A stretch of 64,000 nucleotides of DNA, from contig JAZGFI010000103.1 in assembly GCA_036479435.1 (NCBI GenBank), forward strand, positions 128,022 to 192,021, read 5' to 3'. The translations under genes were made by a program, and so were the position numbers. The DNA is from Planctomycetota bacterium. GTDB taxonomy: Bacteria; Planctomycetota; GCA-002687715; DRQF01. Shown here one piece after another: positions 38,180-47,667 of this stretch. The notes below the pieces were generated by a model that did not search any database, was not told the DNA's origin, and was given only the letters and a program-made list of their open reading frames with translations. Within the stretch, counting starts at the first letter, position 1; each line of letters begins with the position of its first letter.

Positions 38180-40114
38180 TTAGTTGCCGCCATCAACTTC
38201 GTTATCCTCAATGATCTCTTCATCAATGATCTCGATCGCCGGCTCGCTGCTGATGGCAGAAAATTGCCGCGAGGTCGTGTAGGCGAAAAAGCCACCGGTG
38301 GCTCCGCCAGCGATGACCATGGGAAGGTAACCCATGGGCGAGTGAATGGCCGTCGTGAGACGATCTTTGCCGACCGTCCCGACGGTCGTCACGCCAAACA
38401 GGTGCCGTTGGAAAATATCACTGGTCGGAAAGGTCGTCATGTCGACCGGCACTTCATCCGGAAACCGGACGCTTTGAGCGATCGGAGCTGCGGAATCGAT
38501 CAAAAATGTCGCTATGCGACCGAGATCGAGGTAGCTAATCCCAGAGTTGCCGACGCCAGCTTGACCGTAGCCAAGGGCGCCAAGGCCGTTCTTCAGATCG
38601 GCGTTGCTCGCGAGGTCCAGTCGTTGGTTGGCGCGCGATGCCACGAAGTTCTTAAGCGTCTGAGGTGCCGCCGCGATCAAGAGCATGTTGCCCTCGAACA
38701 TAAGAGTCGGCTTCATCCCAAAATTGAAGCCACCGCCACGCATCAAGCGACCGGTGTCAAAGTAGTGCAGCTCGCGCCCTTTGAACTTGAAGGATTTCGA
38801 CAAGTCCTGGTCGCTCGCCGACGCAATGAGTTTCTTCGTGTAGTCGAGGAACTTAGATTTGTTCTTCTCTTTGACTTCAATGGCGATGATCAGCTCCGGG
38901 ACCATGCCACCAAAGGGCGAATCGGCGACCCAAAAAGCGACCTCTTCGTTGAGGCAGGGCAAATAGTCATCGAGTAAGGAAAAGCCGCACTCAGACTCAA
39001 ACTCGCCGAGAGTTTCATCGACTTCGGCGGCCATGTCTTCATCGATTTCGTTGGCCGCATTGACGAGGCCTTCGGCCATCTCACTGAGGTCAATGCGAAA
39101 GGCGGAATAGGCCATCGTTCGCTGCGGAGCGAGGTCCAGCGTGCTCAACGGGACATCACTGCCCTTCATGTTCTCGTAAATGCCGGAGAGCCCTTTGGGC
39201 GCACTCAGGATCATCCGTTCAACGACCGCGCCGCCTTCGTAGCTCGCGCCATAGGCGATGCCGCGCCAAGTGTCTAATCCAAGCGCCTGCGCCACGCCCT
39301 CGATCGGGATTTCATCCGCGATCGGAGTTTTCTTGGCAATCGCAAGAACCCGAGCCATGTCGAGGTAGGCGAACATGACCCCCTTGCCGCGGGGCAAGGT
39401 ATGGTTCCAACACTTGCTGAAGTCATCAGAGGCAAAGAGCCCTTGGACTTCGCTCTTGGCCTTCACCCGGGCAAACACCTGGCTCATCGTGCTCGCCTTG
39501 GTGCCCGCCACTAGGTAGTCGCCCAAGGTCGCCCACATGACGTCAATGCCCTCGATGTCGGTACGCCATACCGTGACGCCATCGAGAGTGTCCTGCGCGG
39601 GCTGGGCCCCCATCTCTTCCTTCAGACCCTTGGCGATCAGACCCGCGACTTTTTTGAGGAGCTCCCGATTATCGCGGAGATCAAAAGTCAAGATGAGATC
39701 GACATCCGGAGGGCCGGAACCATCCCCCATATCGAAGTCCACCAGCGTCAAGGTCATGCTGCCCGAACCAAGGGTGCGCAGCTCGTCCATCTTGAGCCCG
39801 ATGGCATCTTCCATCTCGCTCAGCATTTCTTCGCTGGTTTTACTAACGGCTTTCTTGATGGGAGCGACGAATTCCTTCATCTGGTCTTCGTTCATCAGCC
39901 CCATGATGGCGAGGCTGCCGACCTCTTCGATGCAAGTGCGGCCGTCGAGGCGCAAGTGCAGGACTGCGCCCTCGGGCAAGGCGGACTCGATATTGTAGTG
40001 AGATTCAGCAGATCCTTCGGCGCGGCTATCCAGCAACCAAGCTCCGCCAGCAATCAAAGCGACCAGTGCGAACAAAGCTCCTGCTTTGCCCATCCATGCG
40101 TTGTTGTTCAGCAT
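38180..40114 (-). CDS. secreted hypothetical protein (644 aa)
   Basis: Signal peptide (AGALFALVALIAGGAWLL); no recognised domain; acidic C-terminus. Confidence 0.6.
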   Translation of the reverse strand: MLNNNAWMGKAGALFALVALIAGGAWLLDSRAEGSAESHYNIESALPEGAVLHLRLDGRTCIEEVGSLAIMGLMNEDQMKEFVAPIKKAVSKTSEEMLSEMEDAIGLKMDELRTLGSGSMTLTLVDFDMGDGSGPPDVDLILTFDLRDNRELLKKVAGLIAKGLKEEMGAQPAQDTLDGVTVWRTDIEGIDVMWATLGDYLVAGTKASTMSQVFARVKAKSEVQGLFASDDFSKCWNHTLPRGKGVMFAYLDMARVLAIAKKTPIADEIPIEGVAQALGLDTWRGIAYGASYEGGAVVERMILSAPKGLSGIYENMKGSDVPLSTLDLAPQRTMAYSAFRIDLSEMAEGLVNAANEIDEDMAAEVDETLGEFESECGFSLLDDYLPCLNEEVAFWVADSPFGGMVPELIIAIEVKEKNKSKFLDYTKKLIASASDQDLSKSFKFKGRELHYFDTGRLMRGGGFNFGMKPTLMFEGNMLLIAAAPQTLKNFVASRANQRLDLASNADLKNGLGALGYGQAGVGNSGISYLDLGRIATFLIDSAAPIAQSVRFPDEVPVDMTTFPTSDIFQRHLFGVTTVGTVGKDRLTTAIHSPMGYLPMVIAGGATGGFFAYTTSRQFSAISSEPAIEIIDEEIIEDNEVDGGN

Positions 40115-40327
40115 TTCGTTCTCCTCAGTGACCCCAAATCCCAGTGAGTTGGGCCATTCGCAGCCCTAAGGTGACATTTTCGTCTTTGTCCCCTTCAAAG
40201 GTGAAGCGGACCAAGTGTCTAAAGCCATTCTGACACGTTGGACGCGTGGAATCACGCCCCAAGCCTCGCCGAAACGGAACCCTTGCGTTGTTGTGATCTC
40301 GTAAAGGCCCTGGGGAGATCCAAGTTA

Positions 40328-40852
40328 CTATTTCGAGGGATTTAGTCGCGACAAGATCGCATCAAGATGAGGGTACTGCTGAGCGGCAAACAGGCCTACG
40401 ACCACACCCCAAATGGCGATCAGCGCTAAGACCCGCAGACGAGCCCGAGAGAGCCCCCGCGCCGACAAACTCCAAGACGTGGCCGCCACTCCGAAAACTC
40501 CGCCCAACAGGTTTTCGATCGCGTCAAAAAGCGAACAAGTGCGTCCCGCCACGGAGTCCTGATGCCACTCGTCAAAAAGCCCGAAGAGGCTAGACACCGC
40601 TAAGGCCGCCCCCCATCTCTTCCAATATTTTGGAATTGACGACCCAAATCCGGTGCCCAATGCCAAGCCCCAGCTCGCCGTCAAGATGCCGTAAAACAAA
40701 AAATGAAGGAGGTTGGCAATGCGGCCGGGCTGCCGTTGGACACCATGTGAAGTCGTCCAACTGCGACTGCTCGCCCAAAAGATCAGAGCCATGAGACCCA
40801 AGGCGACGAATGCCCAAAGCCATCTTTTGCTGAGCAAACTTCTGATTCCCAT
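40328..40852 (-). CDS. VanZ-family membrane protein
   Basis: Four TM helices, FDEWHQ motif; start moved to the internal ATG (MGIRSLL). Confidence 0.6.
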   Translation of the reverse strand: MGIRSLLSKRWLWAFVALGLMALIFWASSRSWTTSHGVQRQPGRIANLLHFLFYGILTASWGLALGTGFGSSIPKYWKRWGAALAVSSLFGLFDEWHQDSVAGRTCSLFDAIENLLGGVFGVAATSWSLSARGLSRARLRVLALIAIWGVVVGLFAAQQYPHLDAILSRLNPSK

Positions 40853-40973
40853 GTCGTCATAGTAGCGAAGTTGAGGACATTCAGGATACAAAACGAAACA
40901 CCCATCGCCGGCATCAACGGCAAGGGGTGTTCAGATTGGCCAGCGAAAAGGCCAAGATAGGTTCGCAATCAGC

Positions 40974-41831
40974 TTAGGCGAGAAGGCGAACGCGACTTTT
41001 GTCGAGCTGTTCTTTGAGTCGCGACAGCACGTTGGTGTGAATTTGGCAGACGCGAGACTCGGTGAGATCGAGGATCTTGCCGATCTCCTTCATCGTGAGG
41101 CCCTCGTAGTAGTACATGATGACGATGCGCTTTTCTTTTTGCGAAAGATTCCGCGTGATCGCCTCGATGACGTCGCGCTGATTGAGGGCTTCGATGGGAC
41201 TCTCGCTCTTGGCGTCGGCAAGGATGTCGGCTTTTTCGAGCGCGTGATCGTCTTGATTTTCGTCCCACTTGTCGGAGAGCGAGAACACCGTGACGGGCTG
41301 CGCTTCTTCGACCATCGACTGGTATTCTTCAAGCGTGCAGTCGATCTCTTCGCACATCTCGAAGTCTGTCGGGTCGCGGCCCAACTTACTCTCGAGAAGT
41401 TTGAAGGCCTTATTGATGCGGTTGGCCTTTAGCCGAACCAGACGAGGAACCCAGTCCTGCGAACGCAGTTCGTCGAGGATGCTGCCGCGGATTCGCGTTG
41501 TGCAGTAGGTTTTGAACTTGATGCCGCGCGACAGGTCAAAGCCGTCTATAGCGTCCATCAGTCCAAACAAACCGGCAGAGATGAGGTCTTCGAGATCAAT
41601 GCTCTTGGGAAGCGTCGCCAGCAGTCGTTCACTGATGTAGCGCACCAAGGGATAATAGCGTTCGATGAGAACGTTGCGAAGGTTGGGATCGCCGCTGCGC
41701 TTGTAGACTCGCCAGAGTTTGGCGATGCGCTCTTCTTCGGCTTGTTTCCGCGTCTTCGCAGCCGCCTCGGCAGCTTCTTGACGCGCCTTGTCTACGGCTT
41801 CGATTTTCTTCTTTTCGGCAACTGCGACCAC
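40974..41831 (-). CDS. sigma-70 family sigma factor, FliA/WhiG (sigma-28)-like
   Basis: Region 2 (YYPLVRYISERL, DLISAGLFGLMDAIDGFD), region 3, and region 4.2 HTH (LTMKEIGKILDLTESRVCQIH). GTG start 8 nt after GGAGG. Confidence 0.8.
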   Translation of the reverse strand: MVAVAEKKKIEAVDKARQEAAEAAAKTRKQAEEERIAKLWRVYKRSGDPNLRNVLIERYYPLVRYISERLLATLPKSIDLEDLISAGLFGLMDAIDGFDLSRGIKFKTYCTTRIRGSILDELRSQDWVPRLVRLKANRINKAFKLLESKLGRDPTDFEMCEEIDCTLEEYQSMVEEAQPVTVFSLSDKWDENQDDHALEKADILADAKSESPIEALNQRDVIEAITRNLSQKEKRIVIMYYYEGLTMKEIGKILDLTESRVCQIHTNVLSRLKEQLDKSRVRLLA

Positions 41832-42198
41832 TTAGGTCCCCTCCTCGCCCGCATGATTCTGCGGACATTGTGGGGGATACCGGCCTTCCATAACGAAAGC
41901 CGTCCTTCGGAATCGAAAGACGGCCCTTGCTTAGGCAAGGCCGAGGTCGATCCCCCGTGTCTTCGGTAGCTGGCTGCCTTTCCATTCCCTTCGGGATGGG
42001 GAAGGCCCTGTAGTTTTGCGCCCCATTCTTTCGAATGGTTTGCCCTTTCGGACTCGGAGGCGAGCTTGGCTCTCCAGGTCCCGTGAACCCCGTACTGGGG
42101 TCGACGCTTGTAGAGATTATACCTTTGACCTCCAACTGCAAGTCTTATCTTCGGAAACTCGGAGATTTTCTTTAGGTCGACTCGATTGGGTCAAAACC
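41832..42198 (-). promoter_or_regulatory. long leader/promoter region of the sigma-factor gene with candidate -10 (TATAAT, minus strand, 42116-42121) and multiple tetraloop hairpins
   Basis: 367-nt non-coding interval. The minus strand carries GGTATAAT with TTGCAG upstream. Several UUCG/GAAA-type hairpins are present (GCCGTC...GACGGC, CCATTC-TTTC-GAATGG, CCCC-GTACT-GGGG). A GGAGG SD lies upstream of the GTG. Confidence 0.35.
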
Positions 42199-44967
42199 CT
42201 ACTTGGATGCCGTCTTCGGCACCTTGGTCTTTTCCTTGGAGATCTTCGAACTCGATCCGGTGCCGAAGTTCTGAGTCCAATAGAACCCGTTCTTTGCTTT
42301 CCCGCAGCCCAAATGGGTGTGGCGGCGCCCCAAGATGTTGCGGTGGTGACCCGAGCTATTGATCCAACCCGTGACGACGGCCGCGGGACTTCGTTGACCT
42401 TGTGCGATGTTCTCAGCGATGCCGCCGCCCCACCCGGCCAATTGTCCGCGTTGAGACGGCGTGCGACGTGACGGCGTCGGCGAGTTGTGAGCAAAGTAGC
42501 CGAGGTCTTTCATTTCTTGACTGTGGCCCCTTGCCGCCAGCACGAGGGCTTCATCAATCTTCAGCGGCAACAAGCCCATCTGCATCCGGTAGACATTGGT
42601 GAGTCGGTGCGCTTCGCGCTCTTCTTTGCTCACAGAGCTTTTGATCTCAGCGTTGAACTTGAGCACCTCATTACGACGCTTTTTGCGCGCGGTCGACCAG
42701 GCGGCGTCCTGCAGCGCCAAGACTTCATTGGCGTCCTTCATCAGCGCCGCCGCAGCAGAGCCTGCACCTTGATCGCCGAGCCGAGACTCCAGATCTTGAA
42801 TCGACTCGTTAACTTCTCGCCATTTGTCGTCGTAGTCGAGCAAGGCCTGCGCGGGTTCTTCCCAAATCTTGCGGACTTTCTCTCTCAATCCGTTGACCTC
42901 AGCCTGAATCTCGTCGCCATTGGCGGCGTAGGGATAAGGGTAGCGCTTGGCGTCGTAGATCAGATCCAAAGCTTCTTCGCGGCGTCCTTCGAGAGCCTTC
43001 AACAACTTGCGTCTAGCCCCCGCGGGCGACTTAAACATTTTGAGGCTTCGCGCCTGAACAAGGGCGAAAGTCAGGCGATCCTTGAGCCCCAGTTTGAGCG
43101 CATCCCTACCGTCCGCCCCGAGGGCTTTTAGTTTCTGAACCAAGACCGCGAACTCCCGGCTTTGGGCCCGGGGGATTTTTTTGCCCAACTTTTTGGCTTC
43201 AACCCGGCGGGCGACGCCGCGGTACTCTTTTGGGGTGTAGAAATGGCCATCGTAGAGCTTGAAGCCCTCCGTCGGGACTTCGATCCCGCGGTGAGCGGCA
43301 AGGACCCGATCGACGCCGGCGCGATGCTCTGATCTTTTAGCCGCGCGCGCCAACATCACCTCGGCTCGTTCGTTTTGCCCCAAGTCGAAAGCGACCCGAC
43401 CAAAATGAATCTTGTCTTCGGGGGTCCGCGCCGCCTTGGCAAAGAACTCGATCATCCGATCCAAAGTGAGATCTATCCACGTCCAGGTCACGATGCGCGA
43501 GCGGCCGAACTTGAGCTCGATCTTGTCTTCATCCGCCGCGAATGGCGCTGCGGTCAAACGACCGATGCGGACACTCTTGAGCGCCCTATCTTCGTCGTTA
43601 ATGCCAATGATCACCGCCGCCTTGAGTCTGGTGTAGGAACCCAGCAAATCCCGCCGCAGGCCCCAGGATGTCGACAAGCTTCGGTCTTCAATCAATCCAA
43701 TAGCCCGCTCGTAGTTGTCGGCGGCGTGGCGCCAATTGCGTACGGCAACTTGACCTTCCGCTTTGGAGACCAAAGCCAAAGCCTCGGCGGCCGTTCCAGT
43801 GAGCTTGACCGCACCGCGGCGGCGAGAACGGGTTCGCGTGGGCGAATCGCTGGCTGCGGTCGCGGTTTCAGTCTTGGCGGCGACGACCCGGCGCAATTCC
43901 AATGTTCGCAACTCCGAACGCGCGAGAGACTCGAAATGGGTGCCGCGATAGTCTCGGCGCTTTTGCTCCAACAGCATTCGTGCGCTTTCCCAAGTCCCGC
44001 CGAGACGATCGAGGCCAGCGCGCACTTGCTCCCAGTCATGGCGAGCTTGCTTCAAGACATTGAGCCTGCGACGAGTACTTTCGAGCTTTAGTTCTCCGGC
44101 GCCAGCGACATCGGCTTCAAGCCCGAAGGCATCGTAGAGTTCCAAGGCGTCGCCAAACTTCCCCGCCGCTACCCGCTGCGCGGCGAGTTCAGAGACCTCG
44201 CCGAGTTCTGTTCGAAAGCGCCGCTCGACCCGTCCCACCCAATGGCGCCGGAGATCTTCAATCTGGCGGCGCGTGGCCGGGAGTCGCGCTTGGCGCGAAA
44301 GTTCGACTAACTCGAATTCGAGGTCGTCGAGCGGCAAAGGCGTGGTTCCCTGTTGCAGTTCTAAGAGTTTGGAGAGCAACTGCTTGTCGGCGACCGCGGC
44401 GTCAGATTCAGGTTCGCCGACATCAGATCCCAGACTCTCTAGATCTCCGCGCTCGGACCCTGTGCCACTTAGACTCGTCGTATCCTCATGGCTTGATTCA
44501 ATGACTTTCGACGGTGAGCCGTCCTTGCTCTTGTCGTTGAAGAACCAAGTACCTGCGAGCGCACATAAGAGCAGCCCAAAAACCAAGGGCATCACGGGGA
44601 GCTTTCTTGATCGCGACGGGACCGTCGGCGATTCCCCGGCGGAGCGTTCAACATCCTCGTTGGGATTCGCTGCCGCCGAGGCTTCGAGGCGCAGCCAAAA
44701 AAACAGCTCGTAGTCACCGATGACGATGCAGTCGCCATCGGCGAGGCGCTTTTGCGAAACAGCATTGCCGTTCACTAGGACGCCATTCGACGACCCAAGA
44801 TCCACAAGCCGCCAGCTGCCGCCTTTGAATTCAATTCGTAGATGTTGTCTCGAGCAGCGGTGATCATTCAGAACGATGTCTGAACTCTCATCGCGACCTA
44901 CGATTTGTAGTTTCGAAAGCGAAACAACTTGGGAGTCGCCGTCGTGACGAACCTCGAGAAATGACAT
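42199..44967 (-). CDS. FHA-domain / single-TM / C-terminal CAP (SCP/PR-1, YkwD-like) domain protein
   Basis: N-terminal FHA (VVSLSKLQIVGRDESSDIVLNDHRCSRQHLRIEF...GSSNGVLVNG), then a TM (LPVMPLVFGLLLCALAGTWFF). The C-terminus matches the YkwD/CAP pattern (NVYRMQMGLLPL, AARGHSQEM, GYFAHNSP, GENIAQG, GWINSSGHHRNIL, FYWTQNFG). Start moved to the internal ATG (MSFLEV). Confidence 0.8.
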   Translation of the reverse strand: MSFLEVRHDGDSQVVSLSKLQIVGRDESSDIVLNDHRCSRQHLRIEFKGGSWRLVDLGSSNGVLVNGNAVSQKRLADGDCIVIGDYELFFWLRLEASAAANPNEDVERSAGESPTVPSRSRKLPVMPLVFGLLLCALAGTWFFNDKSKDGSPSKVIESSHEDTTSLSGTGSERGDLESLGSDVGEPESDAAVADKQLLSKLLELQQGTTPLPLDDLEFELVELSRQARLPATRRQIEDLRRHWVGRVERRFRTELGEVSELAAQRVAAGKFGDALELYDAFGLEADVAGAGELKLESTRRRLNVLKQARHDWEQVRAGLDRLGGTWESARMLLEQKRRDYRGTHFESLARSELRTLELRRVVAAKTETATAASDSPTRTRSRRRGAVKLTGTAAEALALVSKAEGQVAVRNWRHAADNYERAIGLIEDRSLSTSWGLRRDLLGSYTRLKAAVIIGINDEDRALKSVRIGRLTAAPFAADEDKIELKFGRSRIVTWTWIDLTLDRMIEFFAKAARTPEDKIHFGRVAFDLGQNERAEVMLARAAKRSEHRAGVDRVLAAHRGIEVPTEGFKLYDGHFYTPKEYRGVARRVEAKKLGKKIPRAQSREFAVLVQKLKALGADGRDALKLGLKDRLTFALVQARSLKMFKSPAGARRKLLKALEGRREEALDLIYDAKRYPYPYAANGDEIQAEVNGLREKVRKIWEEPAQALLDYDDKWREVNESIQDLESRLGDQGAGSAAAALMKDANEVLALQDAAWSTARKKRRNEVLKFNAEIKSSVSKEEREAHRLTNVYRMQMGLLPLKIDEALVLAARGHSQEMKDLGYFAHNSPTPSRRTPSQRGQLAGWGGGIAENIAQGQRSPAAVVTGWINSSGHHRNILGRRHTHLGCGKAKNGFYWTQNFGTGSSSKISKEKTKVPKTASK

Positions 44968-45160
44968 GCGTAGTCTCAGGGTGCCCAGGTGCGAATTTAG
45001 GATTGGGACTGGCCCACATTCAACTTGGCCAGCGGGTCGCTTACTTATCCTAACAGTTAGCGGGCAGGCTCTGTTCGCGGAATCTGGGCGGCCAAGGACA
45101 TTCGGCCAAAGGTGTAAAGGCAACTTGACAAGATCGAGCCATCGAGAAGTTTGAGGCGAA

Positions 45161-45697
45161 TCAATGAGTCAGTTGAAAGCGAATTTGGAGGAAAAGGTGA
45201 TATCCAAACAGCGCCCCGTAAAAGCCCGTCAAGATGTAAAGGGCCTGTGTCACGTAGGGGAATGTCTTGTGAACCAGCAAAAAGAGCAAGCACAAGCCGA
45301 CCGCGAATGACTTGGCAAACAAAAACCAATCGTCACCGAGGTCGAGTAAGCCGCGCGCAACGGGGTTCGCCTCGTAGCCACCTTTGCCAAGGTAGTTGAG
45401 GGTGAAGAGCGCGTCGAGGATGTTGAGGAAGAGCACGAGGGCCACGAGGCCGATCTCGCGCCGACCGTAGACATCGACATAGATGGCGTCGCCTTCACCG
45501 TGGCGCCGGCCGCGCTGTCGTTGACCACGACCGAAGAGAGCCGCGAAGAATGTTGTCGGCTGATCGCGGCGATCCTTCGTGTTGCGGCGCTCGCTGTCGG
45601 ACCAGGACCGAGCGGCGTCGTCCTTTCCCTGCGAAGCCAGATCATGCGTTCTAAGTTCTTGCGTCATCGACCCCGCCGTTCTGTTGCGACCGCCCAT
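45161..45697 (-). CDS. hypothetical membrane protein (possibly DUF5658-like)
   Basis: Arg-rich N-terminal segment, then 3-4 TM helices. Confidence 0.45.
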   Translation of the reverse strand: MGGRNRTAGSMTQELRTHDLASQGKDDAARSWSDSERRNTKDRRDQPTTFFAALFGRGQRQRGRRHGEGDAIYVDVYGRREIGLVALVLFLNILDALFTLNYLGKGGYEANPVARGLLDLGDDWFLFAKSFAVGLCLLFLLVHKTFPYVTQALYILTGFYGALFGYHLFLQIRFQLTH

Positions 45698-45869
45698 CTA
45701 GGGCACGGTCCAGTATCCACTGGGCTTTTTTCGGCGAAACTCGCGAGCTGTCTCCATGCCGAGTAAAAATGCAGGAAATAAAGCCCAGATCTCATGGCAA
45801 GGTGGCTCAAAACCCGATAACTCTTGTCGGAACTCCACATTGGAAGCCTCGAGAGCCAAAGGATACCGG

Positions 45870-46865
45870 ATGAAAGATCAAAACAGCGTTGTCCTCGCGC
45901 ACTACGACAGCGATGCCTTGTCGACTTGGCGCGACGAGCTCGAGATTGAGGGCTTTGCGGTCCAAGGGACGACATCCGGACGAGATGCCCTCGCCCGTGT
46001 CTCCCAAAGCGGACCCGATGCGCTCGTTCTCGACGCTCTCTTGCCGAAAATGAACGGTCTTCAGGTCCTCAAAAACCTGAAAGATGAGGCCGGAGGAGCC
46101 GGCGCTGGCCCGGTCGTCGTCATGGTTTTGGATGAAGGTGACACCTATACCGAAAACCGGGCCCTCATTTGCGGTGCCGATGCGATCGTCAAACGCGACG
46201 GAGCGGGCCGGGTGCCGCCCGGTGCGCTCGGCGCCAAGATCCGCAGCTTGATCGCCGAACAAGGACTCAACGCAGGATTGGATACCCCGGCCAGCAGTGG
46301 TGACAAAGACCTGAAGAAGATCCTCGAAACCGCTGCGGATAACCTCAGGACAGAAAATCCCATCCTCGCCCACATCACGGACGAGCTAACAGGCCTGTTC
46401 AACGCCGACTATCTTGGACTCAAGGTCGCCGAAGAATTCAAACGATCGCGGCGCTTTGCCATTCCCCTGGCGGTCGTGCAACTCCAGCTCAAAAGTGCCA
46501 AAAAACCCGAGGATTCCGACCGTGGATGGCGACACGCGTTGAATGAGGTCGCGGGGCTTTTACTCTGCGAATCAAGGGATATTGACGTCCTGGCTCGCCC
46601 CGGCCTCGACCGCTTCGCGATGCTCTTGCCCCATACCCCCGAAACGGGTGCCACGGCCATGATCGAGCGAATTCTGGCCTCTCTGGCCGAACGTGAACTC
46701 ACCGTGGGCGACAACGAGAAGGTTTTTGCTTCCGCGGGACTCGCCCAATACTGCGGTGAAGGGCTTGAAAGCGGCGAGGAACTCCTGAGACAGGCTGAAC
46801 AAGCACTCGAATCAGCTTGGCGAGATGGTGGCTCCTGCTTGAAAACATGGACTTCGGCGCCTTAG
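45870..46865 (+). CDS. response regulator: REC domain + degenerate GGDEF domain
   Basis: REC (VVLAHYDSD...DALVLDALLPKMNG...K). The C-terminus aligns to GGDEF (DELTGLFN..., RFAMLLPHT), but the GG(D/E)EF site reads GLDRF. Start placed at the ATG (MKDQNSVV). Confidence 0.75.
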   Translation: MKDQNSVVLAHYDSDALSTWRDELEIEGFAVQGTTSGRDALARVSQSGPDALVLDALLPKMNGLQVLKNLKDEAGGAGAGPVVVMVLDEGDTYTENRALICGADAIVKRDGAGRVPPGALGAKIRSLIAEQGLNAGLDTPASSGDKDLKKILETAADNLRTENPILAHITDELTGLFNADYLGLKVAEEFKRSRRFAIPLAVVQLQLKSAKKPEDSDRGWRHALNEVAGLLLCESRDIDVLARPGLDRFAMLLPHTPETGATAMIERILASLAERELTVGDNEKVFASAGLAQYCGEGLESGEELLRQAEQALESAWRDGGSCLKTWTSAP

Positions 46866-46947
46866 TCGAGACGGCCGACAGAGCCGAAGTCATTGGCAGC
46901 ATGGGCTTTGAGAATCGATGCGGATGGTTATTTCCTTCAAAGTTGCA

Positions 46948-46975
46948 TTGACCTTCACCTTCATAGGGTTAGCAT
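46948..46975 (+). promoter_or_regulatory. candidate sigma-70-type promoter (TTGACC-16 nt-TAGCAT)
   Basis: -35/-10-like hexamers ~185 nt upstream of the ORF at 47161; pattern match only. Confidence 0.2.
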
Positions 46976-47160
46976 CCGATTGATACGGTGTGCGACCGTC
47001 AACGGGGAAGGGAGACCTGTCCACCCAATTATTGGGTTGGGCGAGGCCTAAGTGTGTTGCCGCGGCTCATGGCGAGATAGGGCTCGGATCATCCGGGGCC
47101 GAACGTAGGTCATGAAAGCCGGGACGACGGGTGGTGGGTACCGCCCATGGAGAACGATCG

Positions 47161-47652
47161 ATGTCCATCCTTGCCAAAGCAGTCCTTACTGCCACGAATT
47201 CCAAGACTTGCTGCTTGGCGCTGCTCGTTTTGGGCCTCGTCTCTTTGATGGCTTGGAAGGGCCTTTCTGACGCATCGGCGGCGACGCCTGAGCCTGATGT
47301 CGTTAGGTCCTCAGCCGCCGAGGCGGTCAAGGTGACCATCGTCACGAGCAGCCAGGTCTACTATCCCTCGACCATCAAAAAGAACGCCAAGTTCAAAAAG
47401 CCCGCCGTCCTTTCGACGAGCACGGTCTTTGACTCCATTGCCGAATGGAAGACCATCAAAAAGAAGAAACTCAGCGACAAAGACGCTGAGTATCACTTGT
47501 TGCTCAAAAAGGCGAACGACAAATTCGCCAAGGCCCTGAAGACGGTGCAGCGTGACGGCTCCTACGACATCATCGCGGAGACCGGTGCGATCACCTGCAA
47601 GGGCTGCACCGCAAAAGACGTCAACAAAGACCTCGTCGACGCTCTCCCCTAA
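47161..47652 (+). CDS. OmpH/Skp-like periplasmic chaperone (tentative)
   Basis: Signal/TM (CCLALLVLGLVSLMAW), Lys-rich coiled-coil (KKKKLSDKDAEYHLLLKKANDKFAKALK), C-terminus (YDIIAETGAI...DVNKDLVDAL) resembling the Skp tail. Confidence 0.45.
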   Translation: MSILAKAVLTATNSKTCCLALLVLGLVSLMAWKGLSDASAATPEPDVVRSSAAEAVKVTIVTSSQVYYPSTIKKNAKFKKPAVLSTSTVFDSIAEWKTIKKKKLSDKDAEYHLLLKKANDKFAKALKTVQRDGSYDIIAETGAITCKGCTAKDVNKDLVDALP

Positions 47653-47667
47653 GCTCAGAGCCACGAC

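Noticed and set aside
41629-42141. 170-aa minus-strand ORF covering the sigma-factor leader
   Set aside because: The sequence is Arg/Ser/Gly/Pro low-complexity. It overlaps the 5' part of the sigma-factor gene in another frame. The region is better explained as a structured non-coding leader.
41832-42198. Tested the hairpin-rich region for tRNA, tmRNA, RNase P RNA and SRP RNA
   Set aside because: None of the universal blocks were found on either strand (GGTTCGAATCC T-loop, tmRNA GCAAACGAC tag region or CCACCA end, RNase P GGAAAGUCCGG / ACAGAACCCGGCUUA, SRP AGGUCCGGAAGGAAGCAGC). It is kept only as an unclassified leader.
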